Program-made: the position numbers and the translations under genes
Notes under the pieces: generated by a model
Told to the model about the DNA's origin: nothing
Database searches by the model: none
What the model saw: the letters and a program-made list of their open reading frames with translations, nothing else
Part shown: piece by piece, positions 1 to 9,842 of the stretch
Layout: every line of letters begins with the position of its first letter
Position numbering within the stretch: position 1 is the first letter of the stretch
NCBI GenBank assembly: GCA_965243135.1
Contig: OZ251539.1
Span: forward strand, 5,632,001-5,696,000
DNA from: Alphaproteobacteria bacterium
Lineage (GTDB): Bacteria > Pseudomonadota > Alphaproteobacteria > MPNO01 > UBA830
Length of the DNA stretch: 64,000 bases
Direction of reading: 5' to 3'

Positions 1-2
1 GG

Positions 3-638
3 GGAGCCGGCGACGGCCTCGTCGTTGCGATCCTGCGCGGCTCCATGCCCGACCGCGCCCTGCGGTTCGTGCAGGTGCCCCACATGGAAATCGAAACCAC
101 GATCGGAAACGGCAAGGCCGACGCGGCGGCGCTCGTCAGGTCGCGCTTGAAGGAAGTCTTCTACTCGAAGGACTTCATCGCCCTGGAAAACGCAGCGTTC
201 ACCAGAAAGTCGGACGGCCTCGTCCTCCGCGAGGTCGGCGATCTCGTCGGCAAGCCCGTTCTCACGTGGCAGGGCGCCTGGCGGGAACTGGGCGCCTCCT
301 TCGAGGCGCTTTTCCGGCCCGGCGGCGCGGGGCGCGGGAATCTCGAGGAGTTCGTCGACCAGACGAACCAGGTGAACGCCTTCTGGTCGCGCAAGGGAGC
401 GGTCGCGGTGATCGACCGCAATATCTTCGCGTACTACAGCGGGAAGACGAACCGTTCGATGGACGAAGCGGCTCTGCATCCGATCTTTCCCCCGTCGACC
501 GCCTTCAAGGTCGGCTTCAGGGAGGCGGCGGAGCGCGATGCGTTCGACCGCGGACTGGCCGATCTTTGCGCCAGCGGACGATACGCCGCCCTGATCGAGC
601 GTTATCGCGCCGTTCTCCGGAAGACCGTCTGCCGGTGA
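3..638 (+). CDS. Polar amino-acid-type ABC substrate-binding protein, 5'-truncated by the window edge
   Basis: The frame is open from position 3 (GAGDGLVVAILRGSM...). The C-terminus FDRGLADLCASGRYAALIERY is typical of SBP family 3. Confidence 0.65.
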   Translation, partial: GAGDGLVVAILRGSMPDRALRFVQVPHMEIETTIGNGKADAAALVRSRLKEVFYSKDFIALENAAFTRKSDGLVLREVGDLVGKPVLTWQGAWRELGASFEALFRPGGAGRGNLEEFVDQTNQVNAFWSRKGAVAVIDRNIFAYYSGKTNRSMDEAALHPIFPPSTAFKVGFREAAERDAFDRGLADLCASGRYAALIERYRAVLRKTVCR

Positions 639-711
639 GCCGAGGCTCGCGCCCGTCTCTTCGCGGCTTCGCTGTCGTTCCGGACGCGATTCGGGCGAAG
701 GAGCGCAGGCC

Positions 712-1014
712 GTGAGCCTCTACTACGTCCAGAAACTTTTGTACCTGCTCAACCGCGATCCCGAGCTTCGCGCCCGGTTCGACGCGGACCGGGACGCGGC
801 GCTCGCGAACTTCGACCTGTCGGAGGAGGAAATCGCGGCGATCACGAAGCCGGATGTCGGGTTGCTCTACGTTCTGGGAGTCAACGGGCAACTTCTGATG
901 CACTACGCCGCGCAGGTCGGACTCGAATGGGACGAGTACATCCGGGCCATGCGCGACGGAGTCGCGAAACACGGACCCGTGCGGGCCGGCCTTTACGCCA
1001 TGACGGAAGAATAG
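712..1014 (+). CDS. LigA-like small subunit of an aromatic ring-opening extradiol dioxygenase
   Basis: GTG start after an AAGGAG RBS. MSLYYVQKLLYLLNRD...FDLSEEE...LYVLGVNGQLLMH matches the LigA family pattern. Confidence 0.8.
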   Translation: MSLYYVQKLLYLLNRDPELRARFDADRDAALANFDLSEEEIAAITKPDVGLLYVLGVNGQLLMHYAAQVGLEWDEYIRAMRDGVAKHGPVRAGLYAMTEE

Positions 1015-1020
1015 GCGATT

Positions 1021-1122
1021 CGGGACGGTCGGCGTTCTTTCGCAACCCCATTGCCGTTCTCGACGCCGTGAAAGACGGACGGATTTCAAGGGCGTTGCGC
1101 GAGAGTCGGCCGCGCTGTCCCG
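1021..1122. repeat. Long imperfect inverted repeat (about 100-nt hairpin)
   Basis: Nested arms cgggacgg/ctgtcccg, tctttcgcaac/gttgcgcgaga, ccc/ggg, ttg/caa and ccgt/acgg. Confidence 0.45.
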
Positions 1123-1157
1123 TCGAAGATTCTTCGGAAAATTCCCGGGAGGCCGTC

Positions 1158-1313
1158 ATGTGGAAACGCTCCGCCGCTTCGTCGAACCTCGCTTCCGTCG
1201 GCGACAATAGCGAAACCGGGCTTCTCGAAATCGAGTTCGTCGACGGTTCGGTCTACCGGTATTGCGACGTTCCGGAGAACGTCTGCGACCAGGCTCGAAG
1301 GGGCGGCTCCTGA
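1158..1313 (+). pseudogene. KTSC-domain protein, C-terminally truncated
   Basis: SSNLASVG...LLEIEFVDGSVYRYCDVPENV is the KTSC signature. The usual SKG.YFN..I tail is absent. Confidence 0.7.
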
Positions 1314-1382
1314 GCGCCCGCGACCCATATCCGTTTTCCCGCGTCGGTTAGGGGGACGAGGACCGCCGCCTGGCGCTTCGCG

Positions 1383-3250
1383 CGAAGCCGGACGCCGTTT
1401 TATCTCTGCGGCGTGACGCGACGACGTCCCTTGCGTCCGCTCGACCTTCATTGAACGGCAGGAGGCAGCCGCCTGCGGAAGTTTTCGCTCCCGCGAACTT
1501 TGCCTCGCCTGGACGAACGCGCTCGCCGCCGGAAATCCGGACGCCGCGGTCGAACTCTGAGCGCGCCGCGCAGGCGCGTCTGCCATCCGTCGGCTTTTCG
1601 GGTTATGATCGCCCGGCAGCGTAGCGAAAGCCGTTCGACCATGCGCTTCTTCAACACGGCCGGCCCGGTCAGGCCCGAAAAGCACTATTGCGTCCCGGCG
1701 CTGGAGCGTCTGGATTTGGACGAGGCGCTCAGGCTCGTTCGGGACGAAAAGTATTTTGTGCTTCATGCCCCGAGGCAGACGGGCAAGACGTCCATTCTGC
1801 TCGCCCTGCAGGATCTGCTGAGCCGGCAGGGCTACCATTGCCTGTACGCCACCGTCGAGGGGGCGGGCGCCTCGGAAAAAGGCGCGGAGAAAACGATGCG
1901 GACGGTGCTCGCCAGGCTGGCATACGCGGCGCGGGACGGGCTCGACGATCCGTTCTTGGACGAAGTCTGGCCCGGCGTTCTCGCCGGATCGGGTCCCGAC
2001 CAGGCGTTGATGGAGGCGTTGGCGCGCTGGTCGCGGGCGTCGCCGAAACCGCTCGTGCTGCTGATCGACGAGATCGACGCATTGCAGGGCGGATCGCTGC
2101 TCTCGGTGCTCCGGCAGTTGCGCGCGGGATACCCCGGGCGTCCGGAGGCGTTTCCGCAAAGCGTGGTGCTGTGCGGGATGCGGGACGTGCGCGACTACCG
2201 CATGGACTCGACCGGCAGTCCCTTCAACATCGTCGCGAAGTCGCTGCGTCTGGGCGACTTCAGCCGGGAGGAAACGCTGGCGCTGCTCGGCCAGCATACC
2301 ACGGAGACGGGGCAGGCGTTCACGGCGGAGGCGCAGGAGACGGTGTGGGAGCAGACCCTTGGCCAGCCGTGGCTGGTGAACGCGCTGGCGCAGGAGGCCT
2401 GCTTCGAGAGCGCGGCCGGGCGCGACCGCTCGCGCGCCGTGACGGGCGGCGACATCGCCGACGCGCGGGAGCGGCTCATCCTGAGCCGGGCGACTCACCT
2501 GGACCAGTTGGCGTACAGGCTGGAGGAGGAGCGCGTCCGGCAGGTGATCGAGCCGATCCTCGCCGGCGGAGACGAGAGCGCCGTCGCCGACCGGGACGTT
2601 GAATACGCGCGAGATCTGGGCCTGCTCGCGAAGGACGGACCGCTCCGCATCGCCAATCCGGTCTATGCCGAGGTGATTCCGCGCGAACTGACCTGGAAGG
2701 CGCAGGCGGCGCTCAGGCAGGATACGGCCTGGTACGTCGGCGCCGGCGGCGGCCTCGACACGGCGAAGCTGATGGCGGCGTTCCAGAGGTTCTTCCGCGA
2801 GAACTCGGAGCACTGGAAGAACCGCTTCGCGTACCCGGAGGCCTGGCCTCAGCTTCTGTTGCAGGCGTTTCTGCAACGGGTGCTCAACGGCGGCGGGCGG
2901 ATCGAGCGGGAGTTCGGGCTGGGCCGGGGGCGCGTCGACCTGCTGATCGTCTGGCCGAAGGGCGGCGGCGAGCAGAAGTTCGTGGTCGAGTGCAAGATGT
3001 TGCGCGGGAGCCTGGAGGCGACGGTCGCCGCGGGGTTGGAGCAGGTTAAGGGCTACATGGACCGCTGCGCGGCGGAGACGGGCCACCTGGTGATCTTCGA
3101 CCGCGACGAGAAGAAGCCCTGGGGCGAGAAGATTTTCCGCCGCGAGGAATCAAACGTCGAGATCTGGGGCATGTAGCCGGCAGCTTCCCGAAAACGGCGG
3201 ACAGCGAGAATTTGCATGCAGCAATCGGCTAGTCGGCGGCTCTCGCCCGC
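1383..3250 (+). repeat. Copy 1 of a ~1.87-kb direct duplication carrying an ATPase-nuclease gene
   Basis: cgaagccggacgccgttttatctctgcggcgtgacgcgacgacgt occurs at 1383 and 3852. The offset of 2469 stays constant through the gene and about 70 nt past its stop. Confidence 0.95.
1641..3176 (+). CDS. AAA/STAND-like ATPase with C-terminal PD-(D/E)XK nuclease-like domain, paralog 1
   Basis: MRFFNTAGP start, Walker A APRQTGKTS, Walker B VLLIDEID, and C-terminal IEREFG.GRGRVDL...VVECK...Q..GY motif. Confidence 0.85.
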   Translation: MRFFNTAGPVRPEKHYCVPALERLDLDEALRLVRDEKYFVLHAPRQTGKTSILLALQDLLSRQGYHCLYATVEGAGASEKGAEKTMRTVLARLAYAARDGLDDPFLDEVWPGVLAGSGPDQALMEALARWSRASPKPLVLLIDEIDALQGGSLLSVLRQLRAGYPGRPEAFPQSVVLCGMRDVRDYRMDSTGSPFNIVAKSLRLGDFSREETLALLGQHTTETGQAFTAEAQETVWEQTLGQPWLVNALAQEACFESAAGRDRSRAVTGGDIADARERLILSRATHLDQLAYRLEEERVRQVIEPILAGGDESAVADRDVEYARDLGLLAKDGPLRIANPVYAEVIPRELTWKAQAALRQDTAWYVGAGGGLDTAKLMAAFQRFFRENSEHWKNRFAYPEAWPQLLLQAFLQRVLNGGGRIEREFGLGRGRVDLLIVWPKGGGEQKFVVECKMLRGSLEATVAAGLEQVKGYMDRCAAETGHLVIFDRDEKKPWGEKIFRREESNVEIWGM

Positions 3251-3851
3251 ATGTCGCGAAACCGCTTGTGCAGTTTCGCGATGCGCACATCTTGAGAAGC
3301 CGGTTGCGCTTCGAACCTTTCCTGCCCGCGCCTTCTTCCGTTGCAGCCGCGCCAGCCAACGCCAGTGCTTTCGGATTCTTTCACGCCATCCGAACAGGCA
3401 GCCAGCGTCGCGACGCCGACATCCACGCTCACGGTTGCGACGCCGCGTTTCGCAGGCGGACAATCTTCACCGTTACCGCAGCAAACCGCCGACCTGCGCG
3501 GCGCGACACCGTGACCGTCGATACCTGGCCTGCGAAGCGCAACTCCTCGCGCAGCCAGCCTTGGCGACTTTCGCCAATTCCTCTTCAAAGCCCGGTTGTT
3601 CTCCAGCGTCGATGATTACGACCTCGACGCCTTGCGACTGGCGCAAGCCGAAAACCAACTCCGAACCAGCCGGTCCTTGCGCGTCAACATCAGCCGCTCG
3701 GCGGCGCAAGATCATCTCCAAGACCTTCTGCAAGCCTTTCTTGCGATAGCCGGAACCAGGATCGCGCAGGCACTGCCGGCCTTTCGCCGCGCAGTAGGCC
3801 TCGAGCGCCGCGCGTTGCCGGTCCAGGTCCGCCGTCATGCGAGCTTACGCA
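3230..3851 (-). mobile_element. Degenerate IS607-family element (serine-recombinase TnpA and TnpB fragments)
   Basis: TnpA pieces: VSSHD, ADLDRQ..LEAYCAAKG, D.GSG.YRKKGL, GSELVF, FEEELA. TnpB pieces: VSVDVGVATLA.CSDG, KGSKR, RIAKLH. Multiple frameshifts and deletions. Confidence 0.8.
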
Positions 3852-5719
3852 CGAAGCCGGACGCCGTTTTATCTCTGCGGCGTGACGCGACGACGTTCGT
3901 TACGTCCGCTCGACCTTCATTGAACGGCAGGAGACGGCCGCCTGCGGAAGTTTTCGCTCCTGCGAACTTTGCCTCGCCTGGACGAACGCGCTCGACAGCG
4001 GAAATCCGGACGCCGCGGTCGGACTCTGAGCGCGCCGCGCAAGCGCGCCTGCCATCCGTCGGCTTTTCGGGTTATGATCGCCCGGCAGCGTAGCGAAAGC
4101 CGCCCGACCATGCGCTTCTTCAATACCGAGGGGCCGATCAGGCCCGAAGAGCACTATTGCGTCCCGGCGCTGGAACGTCTGGATATGGACGAGGCGCTCA
4201 GGCTCGTTCGGAACCGGAAATACTTCGTGCTTCACGCCCCGAGGCAGACGGGCAAGACGTCCGTTCTGCTCGCCCTGCAGGATCTGCTGAGCCGGCAGGG
4301 CTACCATTGCCTGTACGCCACCGTCGAGGGGGCGGGCTCCTCGGAAAACGGCGCGAAAGAAACGATGCGGACGGTGCTCGCCAGCCTGGCTTACGAGGCG
4401 CGGGACGAGCTCGACGATCCGTTTCTGGCCGAAGCCTGGCCCGGCGTTCTCGCGGAATCCGGCCCCGACGGGGCATTGATGGAGGCGCTGGCGCGCTGGT
4501 CCCGGGCGTCGCCGAAGCCGCTCGTGCTGCTGATCGACGAGATCGACGCCTTGCAGGGCGGATCGCTGCTCTCGGTGCTCCGGCAGTTGCGCGCGGGTTA
4601 CCGCAAGCGTCCGGGAGGCTTTCCGCAAAGCGTGGTGCTGTGCGGGATGCGGGACATGCGCGACTACCGCATGGACTCGACGGGCAGTCCCTTCAACATC
4701 GTCGCGAAGTCGCTGCGTCTGGGGGACTTCAGCCGGGAGGAAACGCTGGCGTTGCTCGGCCAGCATACCGCCGAGACGGGGCAGGCGTTCACGGCGGAGG
4801 CGCAGGAGACGGTGTGGGAGCAGACCTTGGGCCAGCCGTGGCTGGTGAACGCGCTGGCGCAGGAAGCCTGCTTCGAGAGCGCGGCCGGGCGCGACCGCTC
4901 GCGCGCCGTGACGGGCGGCGACATCGCCGACGCGCGGGAGCGGCTCATCCTGAGCCGGGCGACTCACCTGGACCAGTTGGCGTACAGGCTGGAGGAGGAG
5001 CGCGTCCGGCAGGTGATCGAGCCGATCCTCGCCGGCGGAGACGAGAGCGCCGTCGCCGACCGGGACATCGAATACGCGCGGGATCTGGGCCTGCTCGCGA
5101 AGGACGGACCGCTCCGCATCGCCAATCCGGTCTACGCCGAGGTGATTCCGCGCGAACTGACCTGGAAGGCGCAGGCGGCGCTCAGGCAGGATACGGTCTG
5201 GTACGTCGGTGCCGGCGGCGGCCTCGACACGGCGAAGCTGATGGCGGCGTTCCAGAGGTTCTTCCGCGAGAACTCGGAGCACTGGAAGAACCGCTTCGCG
5301 TACCCGGAGGCCTGGCCTCAGCTTCTGCTGCAGGCGTTTCTGCAACGGGTGCTCAACGGCGGCGGGCGGATCGAACGGGAGTTCGGGCTGGGCCGGCGGC
5401 GCGTCGACCTGCTGATCGTCTGGCCGAAGGGCGGCGGCGAGCAGAAGTTCGTGGTCGAGTGCAAGATGCTGCGCGGGAGCCTGGAGGCGACGGTCGCCGC
5501 GGGGCTGGAGCAGGTTGCGGGCTACATGGACCGCTGCGCGGCGGAGACGGGCCACCTGGTGATCTTCGACCGCGACGAGAAGAAGCCCTGGAGCGAGAAG
5601 ATCTTCCATCGCTCGGAATCGAACGTCGAAATCTGGGGCATGTAGCCGACGGCTGCCCGAAAACGGCGGACAGCGAGAATCTGCGCACAGCGACCGGCCG
5701 GGCGGTGGCTCTCGTCCGA
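3852..5719 (+). repeat. Copy 2 of the ~1.87-kb direct duplication
   Basis: Colinear with 1383-3250. Confidence 0.95.
4110..5645 (+). CDS. AAA/STAND-like ATPase with C-terminal PD-(D/E)XK nuclease-like domain, paralog 2
   Basis: Same length and motifs as paralog 1, with about 30 amino-acid differences by manual comparison. Confidence 0.85.
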   Translation: MRFFNTEGPIRPEEHYCVPALERLDMDEALRLVRNRKYFVLHAPRQTGKTSVLLALQDLLSRQGYHCLYATVEGAGSSENGAKETMRTVLASLAYEARDELDDPFLAEAWPGVLAESGPDGALMEALARWSRASPKPLVLLIDEIDALQGGSLLSVLRQLRAGYRKRPGGFPQSVVLCGMRDMRDYRMDSTGSPFNIVAKSLRLGDFSREETLALLGQHTAETGQAFTAEAQETVWEQTLGQPWLVNALAQEACFESAAGRDRSRAVTGGDIADARERLILSRATHLDQLAYRLEEERVRQVIEPILAGGDESAVADRDIEYARDLGLLAKDGPLRIANPVYAEVIPRELTWKAQAALRQDTVWYVGAGGGLDTAKLMAAFQRFFRENSEHWKNRFAYPEAWPQLLLQAFLQRVLNGGGRIEREFGLGRRRVDLLIVWPKGGGEQKFVVECKMLRGSLEATVAAGLEQVAGYMDRCAAETGHLVIFDRDEKKPWSEKIFHRSESNVEIWGM

Positions 5720-6232
5720 GGCGCGGCCGCAGCCTGAATGCCTGACCTCGGCGACTGCCCCGTTGCCTCGAACGGCAAATCCATGTCCGTGTCGTCGTTT
5801 CGAGCGCACGTCCGAGCCTCCCACGGCTTTCGTCGCGGTGCGTCATACCGGTAACCATGAGAGGCGAGCATGCGGTTTCTCGTTGAGGATAAGTGTTTTC
5901 CCCTGCCTTGGGTCAGAACCAAGCATTTTGCTTTCCCTCGCGCAGGTCGACCGAAATTTGCTCGACGACCGGGAACGCCGCCCCATACCGCTTGAGATCT
6001 TGCAGTTCCCGATTCGCGGGAGCCCGCGCAGCCAACTGGAGGCGGGTCGGCAACGCAGGGCTTCGGCGAGGTGAAAACGCGCTGCCGTTCAAGGGCGCTC
6101 AAGCTTGGGCATCGGAAGAAGGTTCCGCAGGCCCGGTAGCGAACGCTTGCGCTTCTTGCTTTGCGACCGGTCGCGGCTTGCGCTAACTATTGCGCGACGC
6201 GCTTCGGCGCTCGTTCCGGGAGGAGCCCGTTC

Positions 6233-7054
6233 ATGCCGCTGGTGTTCGCAGGCGCCTGCAGCCATGCGCCGGGTATCACGGGCCGCGCCGCGCGCGCCGA
6301 CCCGGACGTCAGGAATGCGTTCTACGCGCAATTCGACCGCATGCGGCAGGCCATCGAGGACTCGCGGGCGGAAGCGCTCGTGGTCGTCGCAGCCGAACAT
6401 TTCGCCAACTTCTTCATGAACAACATGCCGGCCTTCTGCGTCGGCATGGCCGAAAAATACCAAGGGCCCATCGAAGACGAAGAATGGCTCGGCATCGAAC
6501 GCCGCGAGATTCCCGGCGCCCCCGACCTCTCCCGGCGGCTGATCGCGGAGGTGATGAACGAGATCGATCTCTCCTACGCGGAAGAATGGAAGTTCGACCA
6601 CGGGATCATGGTGCCGCTTCACTTTCTCACGCCGCGCTACGATCTGCCCGTCATACCCGTCAACATCAACTGCCAGGGACCGCCGCTAACGCCGCTTCGC
6701 CGCGCTTGGGCGTTCGGCAAGGCTCTGCGCGCCGCTTGCGACGCGGCGTCGGAACGGATCGCCTTGATCGGGACCGGCGGCATCTCGCACTGGCCGGCGA
6801 CGCCGGATTCGGGGAAGATCAACGAGGCGTGGGATCGAGAGTTTCTCGATCATTTCGTCAACAACAGGCGCGACCGGCTGCTCGCCTACACCGACGAGGA
6901 AACCTACCGCGACGCCGGACAGGGCGGATTCGAGATCCGCACCTTCGTCGCCGTCGCGGGCGCGACGGAGGGCGCTCTCGGGGAACTCTGGTTCTACGCG
7001 CCGATACCAATCTTCGCGGTCGGCTGCACCGTCGCGATCATGGGAGTTGGATGA
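6233..7054 (+). CDS. LigB-like class III extradiol ring-cleavage dioxygenase, large subunit
   Basis: ACSHAPG, EHFANFF, DHGIMVPL, GTGGISHW and GQGGFEIRTF motifs. GGAGGAG RBS upstream. Confidence 0.88.
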   Translation: MPLVFAGACSHAPGITGRAARADPDVRNAFYAQFDRMRQAIEDSRAEALVVVAAEHFANFFMNNMPAFCVGMAEKYQGPIEDEEWLGIERREIPGAPDLSRRLIAEVMNEIDLSYAEEWKFDHGIMVPLHFLTPRYDLPVIPVNINCQGPPLTPLRRAWAFGKALRAACDAASERIALIGTGGISHWPATPDSGKINEAWDREFLDHFVNNRRDRLLAYTDEETYRDAGQGGFEIRTFVAVAGATEGALGELWFYAPIPIFAVGCTVAIMGVG

Positions 7055-8159
7055 CATGACGAAACGAACCCGTCCGCCTTTCCGCGCGGACCATGTCGGC
7101 AGTCTGCTGCGCCCCGCTCGGCTCGCCGAAATCCGCGCCAGCGCGCGAGAAGGAAAGGCTTCCCGGGAAGAGGCGCAGGCGGTGGAGGACGACTGCATCC
7201 GCGCCGCGGTCTCCATGCAGGAAAGCATCGGCCTCGAAGCGGTGACCGACGGCGAGTTCCGCCGCGACTGGTGGCATCTCGATTTCCTCTGGGGTTTCGA
7301 AGGCGTCGAGCGGTGGGACGCCCACAGGTCGCGCAGCTTCTCCAACGACGAGCAACCGCCGCTCGCCAAGGCGGTCGGAAAGGTGTCCCATGGCGGCGGG
7401 ATCTTCGCCGGCATGTACGCCTTTCTCGACGGAGCGACCTCGCGGACCGGCAAGCAGACGATCCCCGGTCCGGCCATGCTGCATCTGCGGGCGGGCGACG
7501 AGGCGATCGACCGAACGGCCTATCCCGACCTGGACGCATTCTGGGCCGACTGGACCGCAGCCTATCGCGCCGAGGTGCGGGCGCTCTACGACGCCGGCTG
7601 CCGCTACCTGCAGATCGACGACGTGAGCCTCTCCTATCTATGCGACGAGGGGATGCGCGAGGCCATGCGGGCGCGCGGCGACGACCCGGACGGGCTGGCG
7701 GTTCTCTATACCCGGCTCATCAACGACGCCGTAAGGGATCGGCCGTCCGACATGACCGTCGCCGTTCACACCTGCCGCGGCAACTACAAGTCGAGCTGGG
7801 TCGCCGAGGGCGGCTACGCGCCCGTCGCCGAATCCGTGTTGGGCGGACTCGAGGTCGACGGCCTGTTCATGGAGTTCGACGGCGACCGGGCCGGCGGCTT
7901 CGAACCGCTCCGCCACGTGCCCGGCGGCCGGGTCGTGGTGCTCGGCCTGATCACGACCAAGACGTCGGAACTGGAAAGCAAGGACGACGTGAAGCGCCGG
8001 ATCGAGGAGGCGTCCGCCTACGTCGAGCCGGAGAACGTCTGCCTCAGTCCGCAATGCGGCTTTTCCAGCACCTGGCACGGCAACGCCGTCACCGAAGACG
8101 ACCAGAAGCGCAAGCTCGCCCTGGTCGTCGAGATCGCGGAAGAGGTTTGGGGGCGGTAG
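7047..8159 (+). CDS. Cobalamin-independent methionine synthase catalytic-domain family protein (single-barrel MetE/YxjH-like)
   Basis: RADHVGSLLRP, TDGEFRR, HTCRGN and LSPQCGFSS Zn-ligand motifs. Confidence 0.88.
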   Translation: MDDMTKRTRPPFRADHVGSLLRPARLAEIRASAREGKASREEAQAVEDDCIRAAVSMQESIGLEAVTDGEFRRDWWHLDFLWGFEGVERWDAHRSRSFSNDEQPPLAKAVGKVSHGGGIFAGMYAFLDGATSRTGKQTIPGPAMLHLRAGDEAIDRTAYPDLDAFWADWTAAYRAEVRALYDAGCRYLQIDDVSLSYLCDEGMREAMRARGDDPDGLAVLYTRLINDAVRDRPSDMTVAVHTCRGNYKSSWVAEGGYAPVAESVLGGLEVDGLFMEFDGDRAGGFEPLRHVPGGRVVVLGLITTKTSELESKDDVKRRIEEASAYVEPENVCLSPQCGFSSTWHGNAVTEDDQKRKLALVVEIAEEVWGR

Positions 8160-8274
8160 TTGGCGGGCTTCGTCTCGCGGCGCCGCCTTGCGGGCCGCCG
8201 CTTTTCAGTTCTACGCCTTCGAAAGGCCGAGATTTTGGAGCATCGCATCCGTTCCGGAGTTTTCCATGCTGCGA

Positions 8275-8650
8275 TCAGCGCTCTTCGAGATATCGCCGTA
8301 CATAATTCGTTCCCGGACCGACGACAGCGCCGCTCAGAACGAAGTTTTTTTATGTCTTGCAACTCATTCTTTCCGAGCCAGTGCCATTTTTCTGGAAACA
8401 GGTGATGATATCCCAAGGTAAAAACTGCTCCAATGATAAAAATTACTGTCATTAGAATCCACATACCCCACGCAAGAATTTTCCGTGATCTCTGATCCCG
8501 ATAGTGTTCGCTCCGCTTTTTCTCCAATTCTTGTTTTTCGGATTCCGCAAGAGAAATACTTTCCGCTTCCCCGTGAGAAGAAGGGGCCGACGGACGCGGG
8601 ACACGCTGTCGGCCCCGGCTTTCCGGGAACCTGTTTTGATTCTCGTTCAT
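8275..8650 (-). CDS. Small membrane protein, putative toxin partner of Panacea; +1 frameshift in an A-run
   Basis: Start overlaps the Panacea stop (ATGA). TM segment ILAWGMWILMTVIFIIGAVFTLGY. Removing one base from the T7 run at 8345-8351 gives ...IKNFVLSGAVVGPGTNYVRRYLEER* (124 aa). Confidence 0.65.
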
Positions 8651-9099
8651 TCGCTCGAAGCCGCGAGTTCAACGAAATGCCGTTCTATGAGCTCGTTGGG
8701 AATGATGGAGTTACGGCCCGTTCGATGCCAAATCTGATGCCAGGGAGTGCCGCGGGCATGGGTGAGCTGCGACAACTGAATGCCCGTAAAGTCCAGGTAA
8801 GCGTCGAACACTTGCTGGATCAAGTCGGCCTCCAGTTCTTCGAAATCGCTGCTTGGAAAATCCTGAACGATGCTGACAGGTTTATTCCCGTAGCGCTTCA
8901 ATCCATGATAAACGTCCGGAATTACCGGACCATACCGCCATGCTTCCACGGGCTGCGCCGATAATGGACGATGGTACAGCCCGAGCATCCATCCGTGGCA
9001 CAAATAGGTGAGCTTGATCAGTTGCAGAGGATCGCGGGGCTTGGCTCCATCGATACCCGATCTGATCAGAAAGTTTGCAACGGCTCGAGGCTCGAGCAT
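8647..9099 (-). CDS. Panacea (DUF4065/SocA-like) antitoxin
   Basis: AVANFLI, PLQLIKLTYLCHGW, EAWRYGPV, LSQLTH..GTPW motifs. Confidence 0.9.
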   Translation of the reverse strand: MLEPRAVANFLIRSGIDGAKPRDPLQLIKLTYLCHGWMLGLYHRPLSAQPVEAWRYGPVIPDVYHGLKRYGNKPVSIVQDFPSSDFEELEADLIQQVFDAYLDFTGIQLSQLTHARGTPWHQIWHRTGRNSIIPNELIERHFVELAASSE

Positions 9100-9145
9100 C
9101 GTGCGTTCTGGTCATGGCATAAAGGTCCGCTCGTGGGAATTGGTA

Positions 9146-9171
9146 TTCCCGAAAGGAGCTTCTTTCGGGAA
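9146..9171. promoter_or_regulatory. Perfect 10-bp inverted repeat upstream of the Panacea gene
   Basis: ttcccgaaag-N6-ctttcgggaa, about 47 nt upstream of the start. A role as operator or RNA hairpin is inferred. Confidence 0.45.
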
Positions 9172-9599
9172 GGACACTCTACGCTGACTGACTACGTGCA
9201 GGGCTGCGCCACGCATCTTGGCCCACCATCGCCATAACGCATGAGGCGAGGCCATTGTCTGCCTCTCTTCTGTTGCCGTCCATCCGCCGCCTGCAACCCC
9301 ACGACGGCATTCTGAACGATTCCCGGAACTCCGCATCACTCGGACTGCGTACGCAAGGTGCAAACTTGAATCCGTTGCCATGACCTGCCTCGCAGTGGGC
9401 GTGAGGAATACATAGCACCCCTTCTCTCGATAATAAACGGGGATCGAGCGTCTGGATTTCGCGGAATCCAAGCGGACCGTGCCCTCGGAGGGCCTCTCCC
9501 GGAACCATCTTTCTCGTAGATGTGCCTGGGGCTTCTGCGTCCGTCACATGCTCCGTCCGGCCTTCCGCGCGGACCGCCTCGGGCGACGAGGCTGCGTTA

Positions 9600-9842
9600 C
9601 GCCGGGCCTGTCGTCGTCTTGTCGTGGAGATAGCGGATCGCCGACCTTGCGGATGCTGTCGATGTCGTCACGCAGGACAGCGCGGTACTTTTCGCGCCAG
9701 TCGCTCGCGGCGGTCGGAAACCTCGCTGAGGTGGCATGAAAAAGTCGACCGCCCGTTCGTCGAGCCGAAGCTTCTCGAGAAACGTGCAGTCATCGGGCGC
9801 GGCGTCGGCAACGACGACCGGTTCGGGCCGCACCTTGCGGCT
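9600..9842 (-). pseudogene. Transposase remnant, ISKra4-like
   Basis: RP...VVADAAPD..TFL...AVDFF, then in other frames EKYRAVLRDD.D.I.KV and IRYLHDK, resembling the DDE core of ISKra4-type transposases. Confidence 0.55.

Noticed and set aside
1641-5645. Diversity-generating retroelement TR/VR explanation for the paralog differences
   Set aside because: Substitutions are not adenine-specific (e.g. acg gcc ggc versus acc gag ggg), span the whole gene, and no reverse transcriptase is present in the window.
5730-5930. Possible IS5-family transposase N-terminal relic and end
   Set aside because: Only a faint resemblance (MTHRDESRG...ETT..W), with no matching second TIR or DDE motif.
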